Shown: positions 30,223 through 40,618, numbered from the stretch's first letter. The stretch: 64,000 nucleotides of DNA from Alphaproteobacteria bacterium (GCA_965214705.1 OZ243972.1:3680001-3744000), one strand, 5' to 3'. Numbers and translations: made by a program. The notes: a model not told the origin generated them from the letters alone.

Positions 30223-31638
30223 TCAGTCGCCCGGATAAGCCGCAGGCTTGGAGGCCCACTCCATGTAGGCCTCGCGCTGCGCATCGATGCCCACCTTCTC
30301 GGTGAGCGCGTCCCACTTGGCGGCGACGCCGTCGAGCTCCTCTTGCGGATCGCCACCGGACATCACCGACTGCAGCCCGGCCGCGAGCGCGTCGATGTAC
30401 GCGAAGGTGTTGATGATCGACAGATCGAGCAGGCCCGAGACCGCGCCCTTCTCAGCCGCTTCGAGATAGTACTTCGCGTCCGGCCAGCGCGACTGGTACT
30501 CCGGAGACGAGAAGTGCGACTTGCGGAAGGGATCGCGCAGCGCGTAGGGCAGCTGCACCCGCTGGTGGCTGATGTCGATGCTGTTGATCCACTGGATGTA
30601 GAGGTAGGCCGCGTCCTTGTTCTTGCTGCTGGACGAGACCGCCATGGCGAAGCCGGCGGCGAGCTGCGGGTGACCGCCCGGGGGCAGCGCGTAGCCCACC
30701 TTGCCCGCGACCACCGACGGCGGCACCCACTGCATCGCGATGTCGTCGGTGCCGTAGCCCGCCGACCAGCGGCCGACCGGCGGCCACGACTGGAGCATGG
30801 CGGACTGGCCTGCGTTGAAGGCGGCCAGCGTCTCGACGAAGCCCCACACCTCGATACCGGGCGGCATGGTCGTGTTGTCCTTGACCATGCCGGCGAGCGC
30901 CTTGACGCAGCCGGGGCCGTTGATCGTCGCCTTCATGGTCTCGGCGTCGAAGAACTTGCAGCCCTCGACCCGCGCCCGCTCCTGGTAGAAGTACTGCAGG
31001 AGGCCGCGCGCACGCATGAAGGCGGAGCCGTACATGTCCGGCGCCTTGGCGTCGGTGATCGCCTTGCTGACCTCGTAGAACTCGTCCCACGTGGTCGGCA
31101 CCGAGAGACCCATCTCCTCGAACACGTCCTTGCGGTAGTAGAGGATGAACACGTCGCCATCATCCGGGAAGCCGTAGATGGTGTCGCCGATCCGCATCTG
31201 GTTCTCGCGGTAGACGTCGCCGATATCGTCGAGCTCCGCCCGATAGCCATACTTGTCGACGTACTCGTCGAGCGGCTCGACCGCACCGGCACGCACCATG
31301 TCACCCATCCAGGCGGGCACCACGTTCAGGACGTCATAGGCGCCGGTGCCGCCCCGATGCTCCTGCATCATCTTGGGGAACATCTCGTCGTGCTGGGCTT
31401 CGATGATGTTCACCTTGATCCCGGTGAGCTCCTCCCACTTCGGGCCGGAGAAGTTCTGCGGGCCCAGCGCCTGCAACCCGGCTTCCCAGAACACGTTGAT
31501 CGTGGTGCCGGAATATTTCTGGGCCTCGCGCACTGCGATCTCGGCAGCGCTTTCCGCCCAGGCGGCGCTTGACCCCACGCCGAGCAGTGCAAGAGCGGCG
31601 ATCCCGCCAATTGCGGACCGTATGGACATGGTTGCCAT
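30223..31638 (-). CDS. Family 1 ABC solute-binding protein, copy 1
   Basis: Near-identical tandem paralogue of 28725..30140. Confidence 0.9.
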   Translation of the reverse strand: MATMSIRSAIGGIAALALLGVGSSAAWAESAAEIAVREAQKYSGTTINVFWEAGLQALGPQNFSGPKWEELTGIKVNIIEAQHDEMFPKMMQEHRGGTGAYDVLNVVPAWMGDMVRAGAVEPLDEYVDKYGYRAELDDIGDVYRENQMRIGDTIYGFPDDGDVFILYYRKDVFEEMGLSVPTTWDEFYEVSKAITDAKAPDMYGSAFMRARGLLQYFYQERARVEGCKFFDAETMKATINGPGCVKALAGMVKDNTTMPPGIEVWGFVETLAAFNAGQSAMLQSWPPVGRWSAGYGTDDIAMQWVPPSVVAGKVGYALPPGGHPQLAAGFAMAVSSSSKNKDAAYLYIQWINSIDISHQRVQLPYALRDPFRKSHFSSPEYQSRWPDAKYYLEAAEKGAVSGLLDLSIINTFAYIDALAAGLQSVMSGGDPQEELDGVAAKWDALTEKVGIDAQREAYMEWASKPAAYPGD

Positions 31639-31686
31639 TGATGGCCTCCCCTTGTTCAGCGCGGCGGCGCCGCGCTCTCCTCCAAA

Positions 31687-32493
31687 CTAACGCTGGCCAG
31701 CGACGCCTGTACGCGGTCCGCGGCAGGCCTTGCGCAGCGCGGCAATGCCCTCCGCGACACCGCGCTGAACCAGCCAGCTGTCACCAGAATAGCATAGGAA
31801 ATCGAAGCCCAGATCATGCAGCGCCAGGCCGGTCTCGGTGTCTTCGTAGATGCGGCCGAGCGACTTGCCGTGTTGCGCGCATGCCGCGGCGACCCGCTGC
31901 ATCGCCGCCTGGAACTTCGGATGGTCGAACTTTGCCGGGATGCCCATGGCGACCGACAGGTCGAAATGGCCGATCCAGATGCCGTCGACTCCCTTGAGCG
32001 CGGCGATCGCCTCGATGTCGTCAATTGCGTCAGGCGTTTCTACCTTTGGAAAAAAGACCACGTCCCGGTTGGCGGCGCGGAGCGCGGGTGCTGCGGGGCG
32101 TTGATGGTAGCGGTCGTGGGCGATGCCGACGGCGACGCCGCGCGCACCCTTCGGCGCGTAGCGGACGTGATCGAGGATGGCGCGCGCCTCGACGGCGCTG
32201 CCGACCTTGGCCGGCTGGATGCCGTCCGCCCCCATGTCGAGCGCACGCGCGACCATGTCGTAGTCGCCGCCCACGGTGGAGACGATCACCGGCAGGTCTG
32301 CCGCCTGATAGAAGCGCAGCATCCGCTTGAGCTGGTCGTAGCCGAAACCGGAGTGCTCCAGGTCGAGGAGCGCGTACTCGCAGCCGGCGGCCTTGAGAAT
32401 CTGCCCCATGCCGGGGCTGTCGAACTCGATCACGAACGTGCCGAACTTGGGCCGCTTGGTGCCCATCATGGCGCGCAGCGCGGCACTCGGCAT
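31687..32493 (-). CDS. HpcH/HpaI aldolase family protein
   Basis: LDLEHSG, RALDMGA, RYAPKGARG, VET, GIWIGHFDLS. Confidence 0.9.
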   Translation of the reverse strand: MPSAALRAMMGTKRPKFGTFVIEFDSPGMGQILKAAGCEYALLDLEHSGFGYDQLKRMLRFYQAADLPVIVSTVGGDYDMVARALDMGADGIQPAKVGSAVEARAILDHVRYAPKGARGVAVGIAHDRYHQRPAAPALRAANRDVVFFPKVETPDAIDDIEAIAALKGVDGIWIGHFDLSVAMGIPAKFDHPKFQAAMQRVAAACAQHGKSLGRIYEDTETGLALHDLGFDFLCYSGDSWLVQRGVAEGIAALRKACRGPRTGVAGQR

Positions 32494-32497
32494 CCGC

Positions 32498-33289
32498 CTA
32501 TCCCTTCCGCCGGCCGGCGAGCGCGGCCTTCAGATCGTCGATGCCGTGGCGCAGCGTCTCCCGCATCAGCCAGACGTCGCCGGAGTAGCAGATCATGTCG
32601 TAGCCCTTGTGGTAGGCAGCGACGCCGCTCTCGACACTCATGACGAGGCAGCCGAAGGACTTCTTGTTCTTGACGCAGGCGCGCGCGACCCGCTCCTCCG
32701 CCGCAATGACATCGGGGTGGTCGAGCTGGCCGGGAACGCCGAGGGAGGTGCTGAGGTCGGAATGTCCGATCCAGATGCCGTCGACTCCGTCCGTGGCGGC
32801 GATTGCTTCCACGTTTTCAATGCCCTGCCGGGTCTCGACGATCAGGAACACGGCAACCCGACGGTTGGCGGCGCGCAGCTTGGTCACCGGGGCTCCGGGC
32901 GCGTAGCGGTCGTGGGCGACGCCGAGCGCCACTCCGCGATGCCCGTGCGGCGGATACTTCGCGTGCGCCACGATGCGCGCAGCTTCTTCGCCCGAGCTTA
33001 CCATCGGCAGCAGGATCGCTTCGGCGCCCATGTCGAGCGCACGGGCGATGTGGTGATAGTGACGGGACGGCGGGCGTACGATGGTCGGCAGCTCCGCAGC
33101 CTCCATGTAGCGCAGGACCTGCTTCACCGTGTCGAAGCCGAAGCCGGAATGCTCCATGTCGAGGAAGACGAACTGGGCGCCGGCGGCCTTGAGGATGTAG
33201 CCGATACCCGGCGAGGTTAGCTCGATGACGAGCGTGCCGAACTTGGCCCGCCGCGTCCCCGCCATCTCCTTCAACGTGCTCAACGCCAC
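32498..33289 (-). CDS. HpcH/HpaI aldolase family protein (tandem paralogue)
   Basis: LDMEHSG, KYPPHGHRG, IVET, GIWIGHSDLS; GTG start after GGAG. Confidence 0.9.
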   Translation of the reverse strand: MALSTLKEMAGTRRAKFGTLVIELTSPGIGYILKAAGAQFVFLDMEHSGFGFDTVKQVLRYMEAAELPTIVRPPSRHYHHIARALDMGAEAILLPMVSSGEEAARIVAHAKYPPHGHRGVALGVAHDRYAPGAPVTKLRAANRRVAVFLIVETRQGIENVEAIAATDGVDGIWIGHSDLSTSLGVPGQLDHPDVIAAEERVARACVKNKKSFGCLVMSVESGVAAYHKGYDMICYSGDVWLMRETLRHGIDDLKAALAGRRKG

Positions 33290-33576
33290 CCGCAGTCTCC
33301 GCTTCGGCTCGTGCGTTACGCCGGTCGGCACGCGATTCCGCCAGCGCGGGCCGAATGTTAGCAGCAATGGCGCGGTCCGCCGAATCGGTATAGGAACGTG
33401 GCCTTACGATACGCTCGGGGTCGCTTGTTTGTTATCGGTGCCGGGTGGCGTGCGCGACGCGGGTGGGCTCATATGGAGATTGAAGAAAGTAACAGTCTGT
33501 TCACTTTTCTTATGCTTCCATAACAATTTCTTCACAGTTGTCATAACGTCCGGGTGGCTCAGACAGGGAGAGCGCC

Positions 33577-34635
33577 ATGGCCGCCTCAGTCAGTCGAGTG
33601 ATGACGATCATTACGGGCGCCGCCCTGCTGGGGGGCGTGCTCTCGGCTTGCAGCGACGATCCTCCGGACGATTCCATTGTCGTTGGCGGCTTCGTCGCCA
33701 GCCCGTTGGGCTCCTGGTACGCGGATAGCGATCAGGACACGCTGGCAAGTCTGGAAGGCCTGGCGTTCTCGCCGCTTTCCGTTCATGTCAGACGGGACTA
33801 CGCGGAAGATACGAGGGGCGTGTCGTCGCCGGAAGACGACAGCGCCTATATCGAGTCAATCGTGAGAACCAGCACGGGAAAGATCGTCGTCAGTTATGTC
33901 TTGGAGGGCGAGAGAGCGAGTATTGATTTCGACACGAGTGAGGTTGCGTCATACGACAGCATTTTCGGCGAGACGACCCATGACGGCCATCGGTACGCCG
34001 TGCAGCTCTACACCAATCTCGGCACCGCCGACGATCCCGCTCCGAGGGATTACGTAGCCACCGTCCGGTGGTACACGTTCGAGCAGCGACCCGGTGTGTC
34101 GCCTTATGATGGAATAGTTTACGAGTTTTTCGGCACCTACGGTGTGAGGACTCCGTCCGAGCCTCTGTCGGCGCTGGGCAGCGCCAGCTATGAAGGAAAC
34201 GTCCTGGGTAACATTTGGGATACGGGAGACCCCAACCGCCGTACCGGTAGTGAGCTCCTGGAAGGATCCTTATCCCTCAGTGCGGACTTGGATAGCGGCG
34301 ACATTGGCGGACAAGTTACCGATTTTACTCGGTTCGACCGAGACGCGACTAATTTGGGCAGGCAGCCTGTCGCGGATACGAACGTGATCGACATCATGGG
34401 CAGCATCGTGGATGGACGCTTCGCCGCCGATTGGGAAGGCCACGACAGCGGCGGCACGCCTGCTCAGCACAGCGTTGGTGGATTCACGGGAACCATGCTG
34501 GGCGAGTTCTACGGCCCCGCCGGTGAGGAGGTGGGCGGCGTGCTGCGCGGCCATCGCGACGCGACCGCCACGACGCCCGAGCAGATCTTCAACGGGTTCT
34601 TCAGCGCCGGCAGGGAACCGGAAGCCGGGCAGTAG
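33577..34635 (+). CDS. Surface lipoprotein with TbpB-like C-terminal barrel
   Basis: Lipobox LSAC; GSASYEG and GEFYGPAGEEVGG motifs of transferrin-binding-protein-like barrels. Confidence 0.75.
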   Translation: MAASVSRVMTIITGAALLGGVLSACSDDPPDDSIVVGGFVASPLGSWYADSDQDTLASLEGLAFSPLSVHVRRDYAEDTRGVSSPEDDSAYIESIVRTSTGKIVVSYVLEGERASIDFDTSEVASYDSIFGETTHDGHRYAVQLYTNLGTADDPAPRDYVATVRWYTFEQRPGVSPYDGIVYEFFGTYGVRTPSEPLSALGSASYEGNVLGNIWDTGDPNRRTGSELLEGSLSLSADLDSGDIGGQVTDFTRFDRDATNLGRQPVADTNVIDIMGSIVDGRFAADWEGHDSGGTPAQHSVGGFTGTMLGEFYGPAGEEVGGVLRGHRDATATTPEQIFNGFFSAGREPEAGQ

Positions 34636-34655
34636 GTGCGGCGCAGCGCGAGGGA

Positions 34656-35342
34656 TTACCGGGACTCAAGGGCCACCACGACCTCGTCCGCGGTCATCAC
34701 GTCGCCGAACTGCTGGATGATGGTCTCCAGCGCGTTGCGGTGCTCCTCGTCGGAGAGTGCGGCGCAGCAGTCGGCGAGCATCACGGTCTTGAAGTCGAGC
34801 ATCATGGCGTCGCGCGCGGTCGATTCGCAGCAGACGTCGGTCTTGGTGCCGCCGATCAGCAGCGTGTCGATGCCGCGGCCGCGCACCATCGTCTCCAGCG
34901 ACGAGGAGCCGGGGATCAGCGCGCTGTAGCGGTTCTTGAAGAGGACCGTGTCATCGTCCGCGACCTCCAGATCCGGCCAGAGCTGTTGGCCATCCGCGCC
35001 CGGCGCGAGCCCGGCGATGGTGCGCGCCCGTGCTTCGTCGGAGACGAAATGGTCGAAGAAGCCCGGCCAGTCCGACGCGCCGTGGCGGCTCGTATTCGCG
35101 TGGGCCACCCAGTAGATGGGGACGCCCAGCGCCCTGAGCCGCGCGTTGAGCCCGTTGATCTGCGGCACGATGGCGCGCGCCATCGGCACCTCCACCGGCG
35201 CACCTGGCGCGAGAAACGTCACCTGCATGTCGATGTAGACCGCCGCGGTGCACGCGGGATCGAGCCGCTCGAAGAGGCGCATCCGCCCGCGCCGCTTGAC
35301 GACCCGTTCGACGATCTCCTGACGGATGGCAATGTCGTGCAT
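34656..35342 (-). CDS. Isochorismatase-family cysteine hydrolase
   Basis: IDMQ, KNRYSA, TDVCCESTARDA (D-K-C triad). Confidence 0.9.
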   Translation of the reverse strand: MHDIAIRQEIVERVVKRRGRMRLFERLDPACTAAVYIDMQVTFLAPGAPVEVPMARAIVPQINGLNARLRALGVPIYWVAHANTSRHGASDWPGFFDHFVSDEARARTIAGLAPGADGQQLWPDLEVADDDTVLFKNRYSALIPGSSSLETMVRGRGIDTLLIGGTKTDVCCESTARDAMMLDFKTVMLADCCAALSDEEHRNALETIIQQFGDVMTADEVVVALESR

Positions 35343-35412
35343 ATGATTGCTTACCTGCCGGGCCTACACGGCGAATCGCCGGTAGGCCGCACTACCTTGT
35401 CCCGAATCCGAC

Positions 35413-35823
35413 CTATACCCAACTTTGCACCGTCAATTCCCTGAACTCGCGGAAATCGTCCATGTTCGATGTGACCAGCGTCAAGCCGTTGACGCACGCG
35501 ATCGCCGCGATCTGACTGTCGACGAACGGCGGTGTCTTGCCCGCCGCGACGAGCCTCGCGCGCTCTTTGGCATGCCAGTCGGCGGCCTCACGGTCGTAGT
35601 CGAGCACCGGAAAACTCTGCAGCACCACGGTCTCGATGTAGCGCTCGACCGCATCCCGGCGGCGCGAGAGCGGCAGCCTGTCGCACCCGAACCGCAACTC
35701 GTGCCAGACCGGAGACGGAATTGCGATCTCTCCGTCGTACTGCCGCAGTCGGCGCATGATGCTGGCGGCCGGTCGGGGTCGCAGCGGCTCAGACACGACG
35801 TTGGTATCGAGCAAGTAAAGCAC
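35413..35823 (-). CDS. vapC: VapC/PIN toxin
   Basis: YLLDTNVVSE, EL.FG, DSQIAAIA..LVTSN.DDF. Confidence 0.92.
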   Translation of the reverse strand: MLYLLDTNVVSEPLRPRPAASIMRRLRQYDGEIAIPSPVWHELRFGCDRLPLSRRRDAVERYIETVVLQSFPVLDYDREAADWHAKERARLVAAGKTPPFVDSQIAAIACVNGLTLVTSNMDDFREFRELTVQSWV

Positions 35824-35828
35824 CGGCG

Positions 35829-36068
35829 TTACAACCGAACATCGCGCCCTTGTGCTTCTTTGCGGATGCTCCCGAATAGCTCGCCCGGGTCGAGCGCGAG
35901 GGTCGCCAGGTCAATTTCCTCCGTGAAGTTCCGATATGCCGCGACGAAGCCTTGGCGGCTCGGCGTGGACGGCTCGCCACTCTTGCGACCGCTCAGGTCG
36001 GTCCGCCGATTCGGCTGGGGTCCGACTGCGTCAGCCTGCGACCGTCGTATGCCCATTGTGCCCTCCAC
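35829..36068 (-). pseudogene. Probable antitoxin remnant (C-terminal half only)
   Basis: FVAAYRNFTEEIDL..DPGELFGSIRKEAQGRDVRL resembles C-termini of Phd/YefM-type partners of VapC; no recognisable N-terminal DNA-binding domain. Confidence 0.5.
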
Positions 36069-36155
36069 GAACTAGACAAACTGCAACTTCGTCGGTCTTG
36101 CGAAGCGTATCAGTTGGGACCACCAGAACGCAGCGCACACTCGGCCCCAGAAAGC

Positions 36156-36434
36156 CTACACCCGCACGATGTCAGTGAGGAAGGGGTCGTCCGCGAGCGC
36201 CGATTCGGTGTCGAGCAGGGCACCACAGCCGGGGCAGAAGAAGCGCCGCAGCAGGACCCGCTCGGCATTGCTGTAGGGCGTGCCGCCGGCGCCCTGCATC
36301 GGCTGCTCGTCGAGCCTAGCGGATGCTTTCCAAGGTTGCCCAGCCGGCCCCAGGACATGACCGCAGGCCGCACACGCGATGGCGCGGTCTTCGTTCACCA
36401 CGAGCGTGGCGGAGATGCGGGTTGTGTTATTCAT
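36156..36434 (-). CDS. Acetone carboxylase gamma-subunit-like zinc protein
   Basis: CAACGH..WK..RRFFCPGCGALLDTE; follows hydantoinase A/B genes. Confidence 0.8.
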   Translation of the reverse strand: MNNTTRISATLVVNEDRAIACAACGHVLGPAGQPWKASARLDEQPMQGAGGTPYSNAERVLLRRFFCPGCGALLDTESALADDPFLTDIVRV

Positions 36435-36435
36435 G

Positions 36436-36542
36436 TTCCCTCAGTCGCCGGGCGCTCGCTCCGCTCGCTTGGCTCCGCGCTACGCGCGCGGCGCAGTCGC
36501 GCCGTCCGGGCCTATCGGCCCGGCGTTATTTCCCTCAGTCGC
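36436..36542. repeat. 13-bp direct repeat TTCCCTCAGTCGC flanking an 81-bp palindromic insert
   Basis: Copies at 36436-36448 and 36530-36542. Confidence 0.65.
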
Positions 36543-36553
36543 AGCGCGTTCGC

Positions 36554-38389
36554 TCATTCAGCCGCTACTGCTGTCGGCGCGGCGAGGCGGGCGGCGCGCA
36601 GGGTCTCGCGGCGTGTGGAGGTCGCTGCCTCGTCCACCGCGCCGTTTGCTATCACCACACCGTAGACCGAGGCGGCGACTTCCACCGAGACCATGCCGGC
36701 CTCGATGTCGGCCTGCACCCGTGCGGGCTCGCGCTCCAGCGGGTCGCCGAAGCCGCCGCCACCGTCGGAGCGGACGTAGAGCGCATCCTCGCCCTTGAGC
36801 GGAAAGACGCCCCACGAGATCGTCTCGGCCTCGCCGGTCATCTCGTTCAGCGAGGTGGGGAAGGGGTTGACGTTGCGTCCAGCCTCGCCGGCCTCGTTGT
36901 TGTGCACCCAGCGGTAGGCGCAGGGCGCGCCGGCGTAGCCGCCGCCTAGCCCCTCGCTCATGGAGAACTCGGTGCCCTTGCCGGAGACCACGTAGTTGAT
37001 GCCGCCCTCGGGCGAATCGTGCTGCACCAGGGCGAACTCGAGGGCGTTGCCGCCGCGCCAGCGCCCCGGCCCGCCGGTATCTGGCCGCGCGCGGCGGAAC
37101 AGGTAGCGCACCGGAAAGGTCGCCTCGGTGGTCTCGACGTTGGCCATGCGGCCGATGGGGTTGGGAATCTCGCCGCCGACATCGATGCCATCGGCCCAGG
37201 TGCGCGCACCGCCGGCGCCGCCGAAGGTCTCGGTCAGGATGCCGATGGCCTCCTGCCTGCGCTGGTTGAGCCCGAACATGAAGATGGCGAAGTGGCTGCC
37301 GTGCCAGACCGCCGTCGCCTCCTCGGCGTACTTTTCACTCGCCGACAGCATCTTGGCGATGCAGGTGCAGGCGGCGTTGTTGACCGACTGGATGGCGCCC
37401 ACGGTGGCGAGGGAGACCGGCGCCGGCCGCGTGCAGTTCACCACCGAGCCCTCGGGCGCAATCATCTTGATGGGCCTGAGCACGCCGTCGTTCCAGGTGA
37501 TGTCGTAGCAGAGCAGCGGGAAGAGGGGAGCGAAGAAGCCGCCCCACGAGGCCCAGTAAGTGCAGTTGATGCCGTAGTGCGACTGCGGACTGGAGCCGGT
37601 GAAGTCGAAGGTGAGCTCGTCGCCCTCCTTGGTCATGGCGAGCAGCACCCGGCAGGTCTCGCCCTCGATGTCGAAGTACTGCCGCGCCTCCCAGCGGCCA
37701 TCCGGCAGCTCGCGCAGGCGCTTGCGGAGCAGCGTCTCGGACTGGTCGACCAGGGCGCCGCAGGCCTCGTCCACCGGGCCCGCTCCGTACTTGTCGATCA
37801 GCGCGCCCATGCGCTCCCGCGCCACGTTGTTGGCCGCGATCATGGAGGAGAGGTCGAGCGCCACCATCTCCGGCGCGCGTACCATGTTGAGCAGCGTGTC
37901 CATCACATCGCGGCGCATCTCGCCGCCTTCCACCAGCTTGATGCCGGGCGAGCTGAAGCCCTCGGTAAAGATGTCGCGCGAATCCGGACTGAAGCCGCCG
38001 GGCACCATGGCGCCGATGTCGTAGACGTGGACGAAGCAGGCGCTCCACGCGACCAGCCGGCCCTCATGGTGGATCGGCGCCACGAGATAGATGTCGGACG
38101 TGTGCAGCGCTGCGGTGTAGGGGCAGTTGGTGAGGAATACGTCGCCTTCGCCGATATCGCCCTCGAAGCGGCGGATGACGGCCTTGCACGCCTCGGCGGC
38201 GCTGGTCAGGTGGTGGAGGAAGCCGACGCCCCCCATGAGCAGCGAGCCGTCCGCCCGGTAGAGGGAGACCATGAGGTCGTGGCCCTCGTTGGTGATCGCG
38301 CTGCCCGAGACGTGCTTGAGCGTGATCACCGCCTCGTCGATCACGCGGAAGAGCCGGTGGCGGATGATGGAGAAGGTGATCGGGTCCAT
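36554..38389 (-). CDS. Hydantoinase B/oxoprolinase family protein
   Basis: MDPITFSII, GDVFLTNCPY..HTSD, HVYDIG, DTGGPGRWRGG, GGGGFGDPLER. Confidence 0.93.
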   Translation of the reverse strand: MDPITFSIIRHRLFRVIDEAVITLKHVSGSAITNEGHDLMVSLYRADGSLLMGGVGFLHHLTSAAEACKAVIRRFEGDIGEGDVFLTNCPYTAALHTSDIYLVAPIHHEGRLVAWSACFVHVYDIGAMVPGGFSPDSRDIFTEGFSSPGIKLVEGGEMRRDVMDTLLNMVRAPEMVALDLSSMIAANNVARERMGALIDKYGAGPVDEACGALVDQSETLLRKRLRELPDGRWEARQYFDIEGETCRVLLAMTKEGDELTFDFTGSSPQSHYGINCTYWASWGGFFAPLFPLLCYDITWNDGVLRPIKMIAPEGSVVNCTRPAPVSLATVGAIQSVNNAACTCIAKMLSASEKYAEEATAVWHGSHFAIFMFGLNQRRQEAIGILTETFGGAGGARTWADGIDVGGEIPNPIGRMANVETTEATFPVRYLFRRARPDTGGPGRWRGGNALEFALVQHDSPEGGINYVVSGKGTEFSMSEGLGGGYAGAPCAYRWVHNNEAGEAGRNVNPFPTSLNEMTGEAETISWGVFPLKGEDALYVRSDGGGGFGDPLEREPARVQADIEAGMVSVEVAASVYGVVIANGAVDEAATSTRRETLRAARLAAPTAVAAE

Positions 38390-38397
38390 GGCGGGCC

Positions 38398-40518
38398 TCA
38401 GCCGAGCTCGATGGAGATGTTGCGGTAGGCGTCTACCCGGCCGGATTGCCCGGCCTGGACGACGATGGTCGTGATCGGGGTGTGGATCACGGCGGGGCCG
38501 GCGACGACGTTGCCCGGCGCGAGCCGCTCGAAGTCGTAGATGTCGGCTGGCGCGAAGCCGCCTTCCGCCTCCACGAAGATGTCGCGCTTGCCGATTTGCG
38601 CCGCGCCGGGATCGGAACCGTCCAGCGCCGCCCGCTCGATGCGGGGCCGCTCCACCATGCCGCGCGCGGTGAGCCGGAACATCGTCATCTCCATGCCGGC
38701 GGCGCGGTAGGCCGAGCCCTTGCCGAACTTACGCTCGTAGAGCGCCTCGAAGTCCGCGGCGAGGCAGCCCACGGCGTCGTCGTCCATCGGCCCGCCGCCT
38801 GCGACCGGCGTCGTCACCTCGTGCACCTGTCGTCCGTAGCGCAGGTCGATGGACCAGTCGAGGGCGATTGCGTCTTCGGCGAACCCTTCGGCCGCAAGCT
38901 GCTCGCGGGCGCGGGCCACCATCGGCGCGTAGATCTCGTTGATTTCCGCCGCCGGGCTCGGCATGGGGAGTGTCTTGGTGACAGTGTACTCGTGCACGAT
39001 ATCGGCCGAGAGCAGGCCGAAGGCGGCGTTCACCGAGGCAGTGTAGGGCACGACGATCCGCTTGACGCCCAGCTCCGCGCCGAACACGCCGCAGAGCAGG
39101 CCGCAGGTGCCGCCGAAAGCGTGCAGCACGAAGTCTCTGGGGTCGAGGCCGCGTTCCACGGTGATCTCATGGATCAGATCGGTGATCTGCGCCGCGGCGA
39201 TACGGTAGATGCCGATGGCGGCGTCTTCCACGCTCATGCCGAGCGGCTGAGCGACCTTCTCCGCGAAGACCCGGCGCGCTGTCGCGGCATCGAGGGAGAT
39301 GGTACCGCCGAGGAAGGTGCCGGGGTCCATGTAGCCCACCAGCAGCATGACGTCGGTGAGCGTGGGCTCCTCGCCGCCGAGGCCGTAGCAGACCGGCCCC
39401 GGCCTGGCGCCGGCGCTCGCCGGGCCCACGCCCGGCACGCTGGTGGCCGGGTCCAGCGCCACGATGCTGCCGCCGCCGGCGCCGATGGAGACCACCTCGA
39501 TCTTGGGTGCCACGTAGTGGTAACGGTCGACCATGGGTTCGCGGGCGTAGTCGATGGCGCCGCCCTGGATCACGCCCACCTTGAAGGTGGTGCCCCCCAT
39601 GTCGCAGGCGATGATGTCGTCGTCCTCCATGAGCCGGCCGAGATGGCGGCTGCCGATGACGCCGGCGGCGGGCCCGCATTCGAGCATGCCGACCGCCCGC
39701 TCGGCGGCCTCGTCTGCCGGCAGCAGCCCGCCGTAGCCCTGCATCACCAGCAGCGGCCCACCGTAGCCCCGCGCCTGCAGCAGCGTTTGCAGGCTGGTGA
39801 TGTAATCGCTCGCGATACGCCCCGCGTAGGCATTGATGACGGTGGTCGACGCGCGCTCGTATTCGCCCGGTACCGGCGCGATCTCGCTGGAGAGCGTGAC
39901 GTAGACGCCGGGAGCGGCCTCGCGGATCAACTCGCCCACCCGCTGCTCATGCGTGGCGTTGTAGAAGGACCAGAGGAAGGAGACCGCGAGCGCCTCGATC
40001 TCTTCGTCCTCGACCAGCGAGTGGATCGCCTGGCGCACCGCGTCTTCGTCCAGCGCGCGCAGCACGGCACCCTTGTAGTCGACCCGCTCCGGCACGCCCC
40101 TGGTCTTTGCGCGGGGCACCAGCGGCGGGGCGCGGTCGGTCGCCACCGGGTGCTTGATGCCGTCCTCGGTGAGGCCGGCCCAGCGGCCGTAGGCGCCGCG
40201 GGTAATGACCAGCGTGTCCTCGAAGCCCTCGGTGGTAATGAGGCCGGTCCTGGCGCCCGAGCGGGTGAACAGCGTGTTGTCCACGACCGTCGAGCCGTGC
40301 ATGAAGAGCACCGTCCGCGCCAGCAGTTCGTCCGTTGCGAGGCCGATGTCGTCGGCCGCGGCACCGACAGCGGCGAGCACGCCGTCCGCGAAATCGGGCG
40401 GGGTGGAGAGCGCCTTGCCGAGGCGCACCGGCTCGCCGGCCGCGAACAGCACCGCGTCCGTGCAGGTGCCGCCGACGTCGGTCGCGACCACGTAGCGGGC
40501 CTCGCCCGGTTCGCTCAT
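38398..40518 (-). CDS. Hydantoinase A/oxoprolinase family protein
   Basis: [54 protein letters not shown]. Confidence 0.93.
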   Translation of the reverse strand: MSEPGEARYVVATDVGGTCTDAVLFAAGEPVRLGKALSTPPDFADGVLAAVGAAADDIGLATDELLARTVLFMHGSTVVDNTLFTRSGARTGLITTEGFEDTLVITRGAYGRWAGLTEDGIKHPVATDRAPPLVPRAKTRGVPERVDYKGAVLRALDEDAVRQAIHSLVEDEEIEALAVSFLWSFYNATHEQRVGELIREAAPGVYVTLSSEIAPVPGEYERASTTVINAYAGRIASDYITSLQTLLQARGYGGPLLVMQGYGGLLPADEAAERAVGMLECGPAAGVIGSRHLGRLMEDDDIIACDMGGTTFKVGVIQGGAIDYAREPMVDRYHYVAPKIEVVSIGAGGGSIVALDPATSVPGVGPASAGARPGPVCYGLGGEEPTLTDVMLLVGYMDPGTFLGGTISLDAATARRVFAEKVAQPLGMSVEDAAIGIYRIAAAQITDLIHEITVERGLDPRDFVLHAFGGTCGLLCGVFGAELGVKRIVVPYTASVNAAFGLLSADIVHEYTVTKTLPMPSPAAEINEIYAPMVARAREQLAAEGFAEDAIALDWSIDLRYGRQVHEVTTPVAGGGPMDDDAVGCLAADFEALYERKFGKGSAYRAAGMEMTMFRLTARGMVERPRIERAALDGSDPGAAQIGKRDIFVEAEGGFAPADIYDFERLAPGNVVAGPAVIHTPITTIVVQAGQSGRVDAYRNISIELG

Positions 40519-40618
40519 TCCGTGCCTTTCCTCTGCCGGCCGCCATCTTGCGCGGCAGGCGGGCGAACGCAAGCGGGCAACCGCTGGACACGGGGCGAAG
40601 ATGGTGTATCGAACGTGT

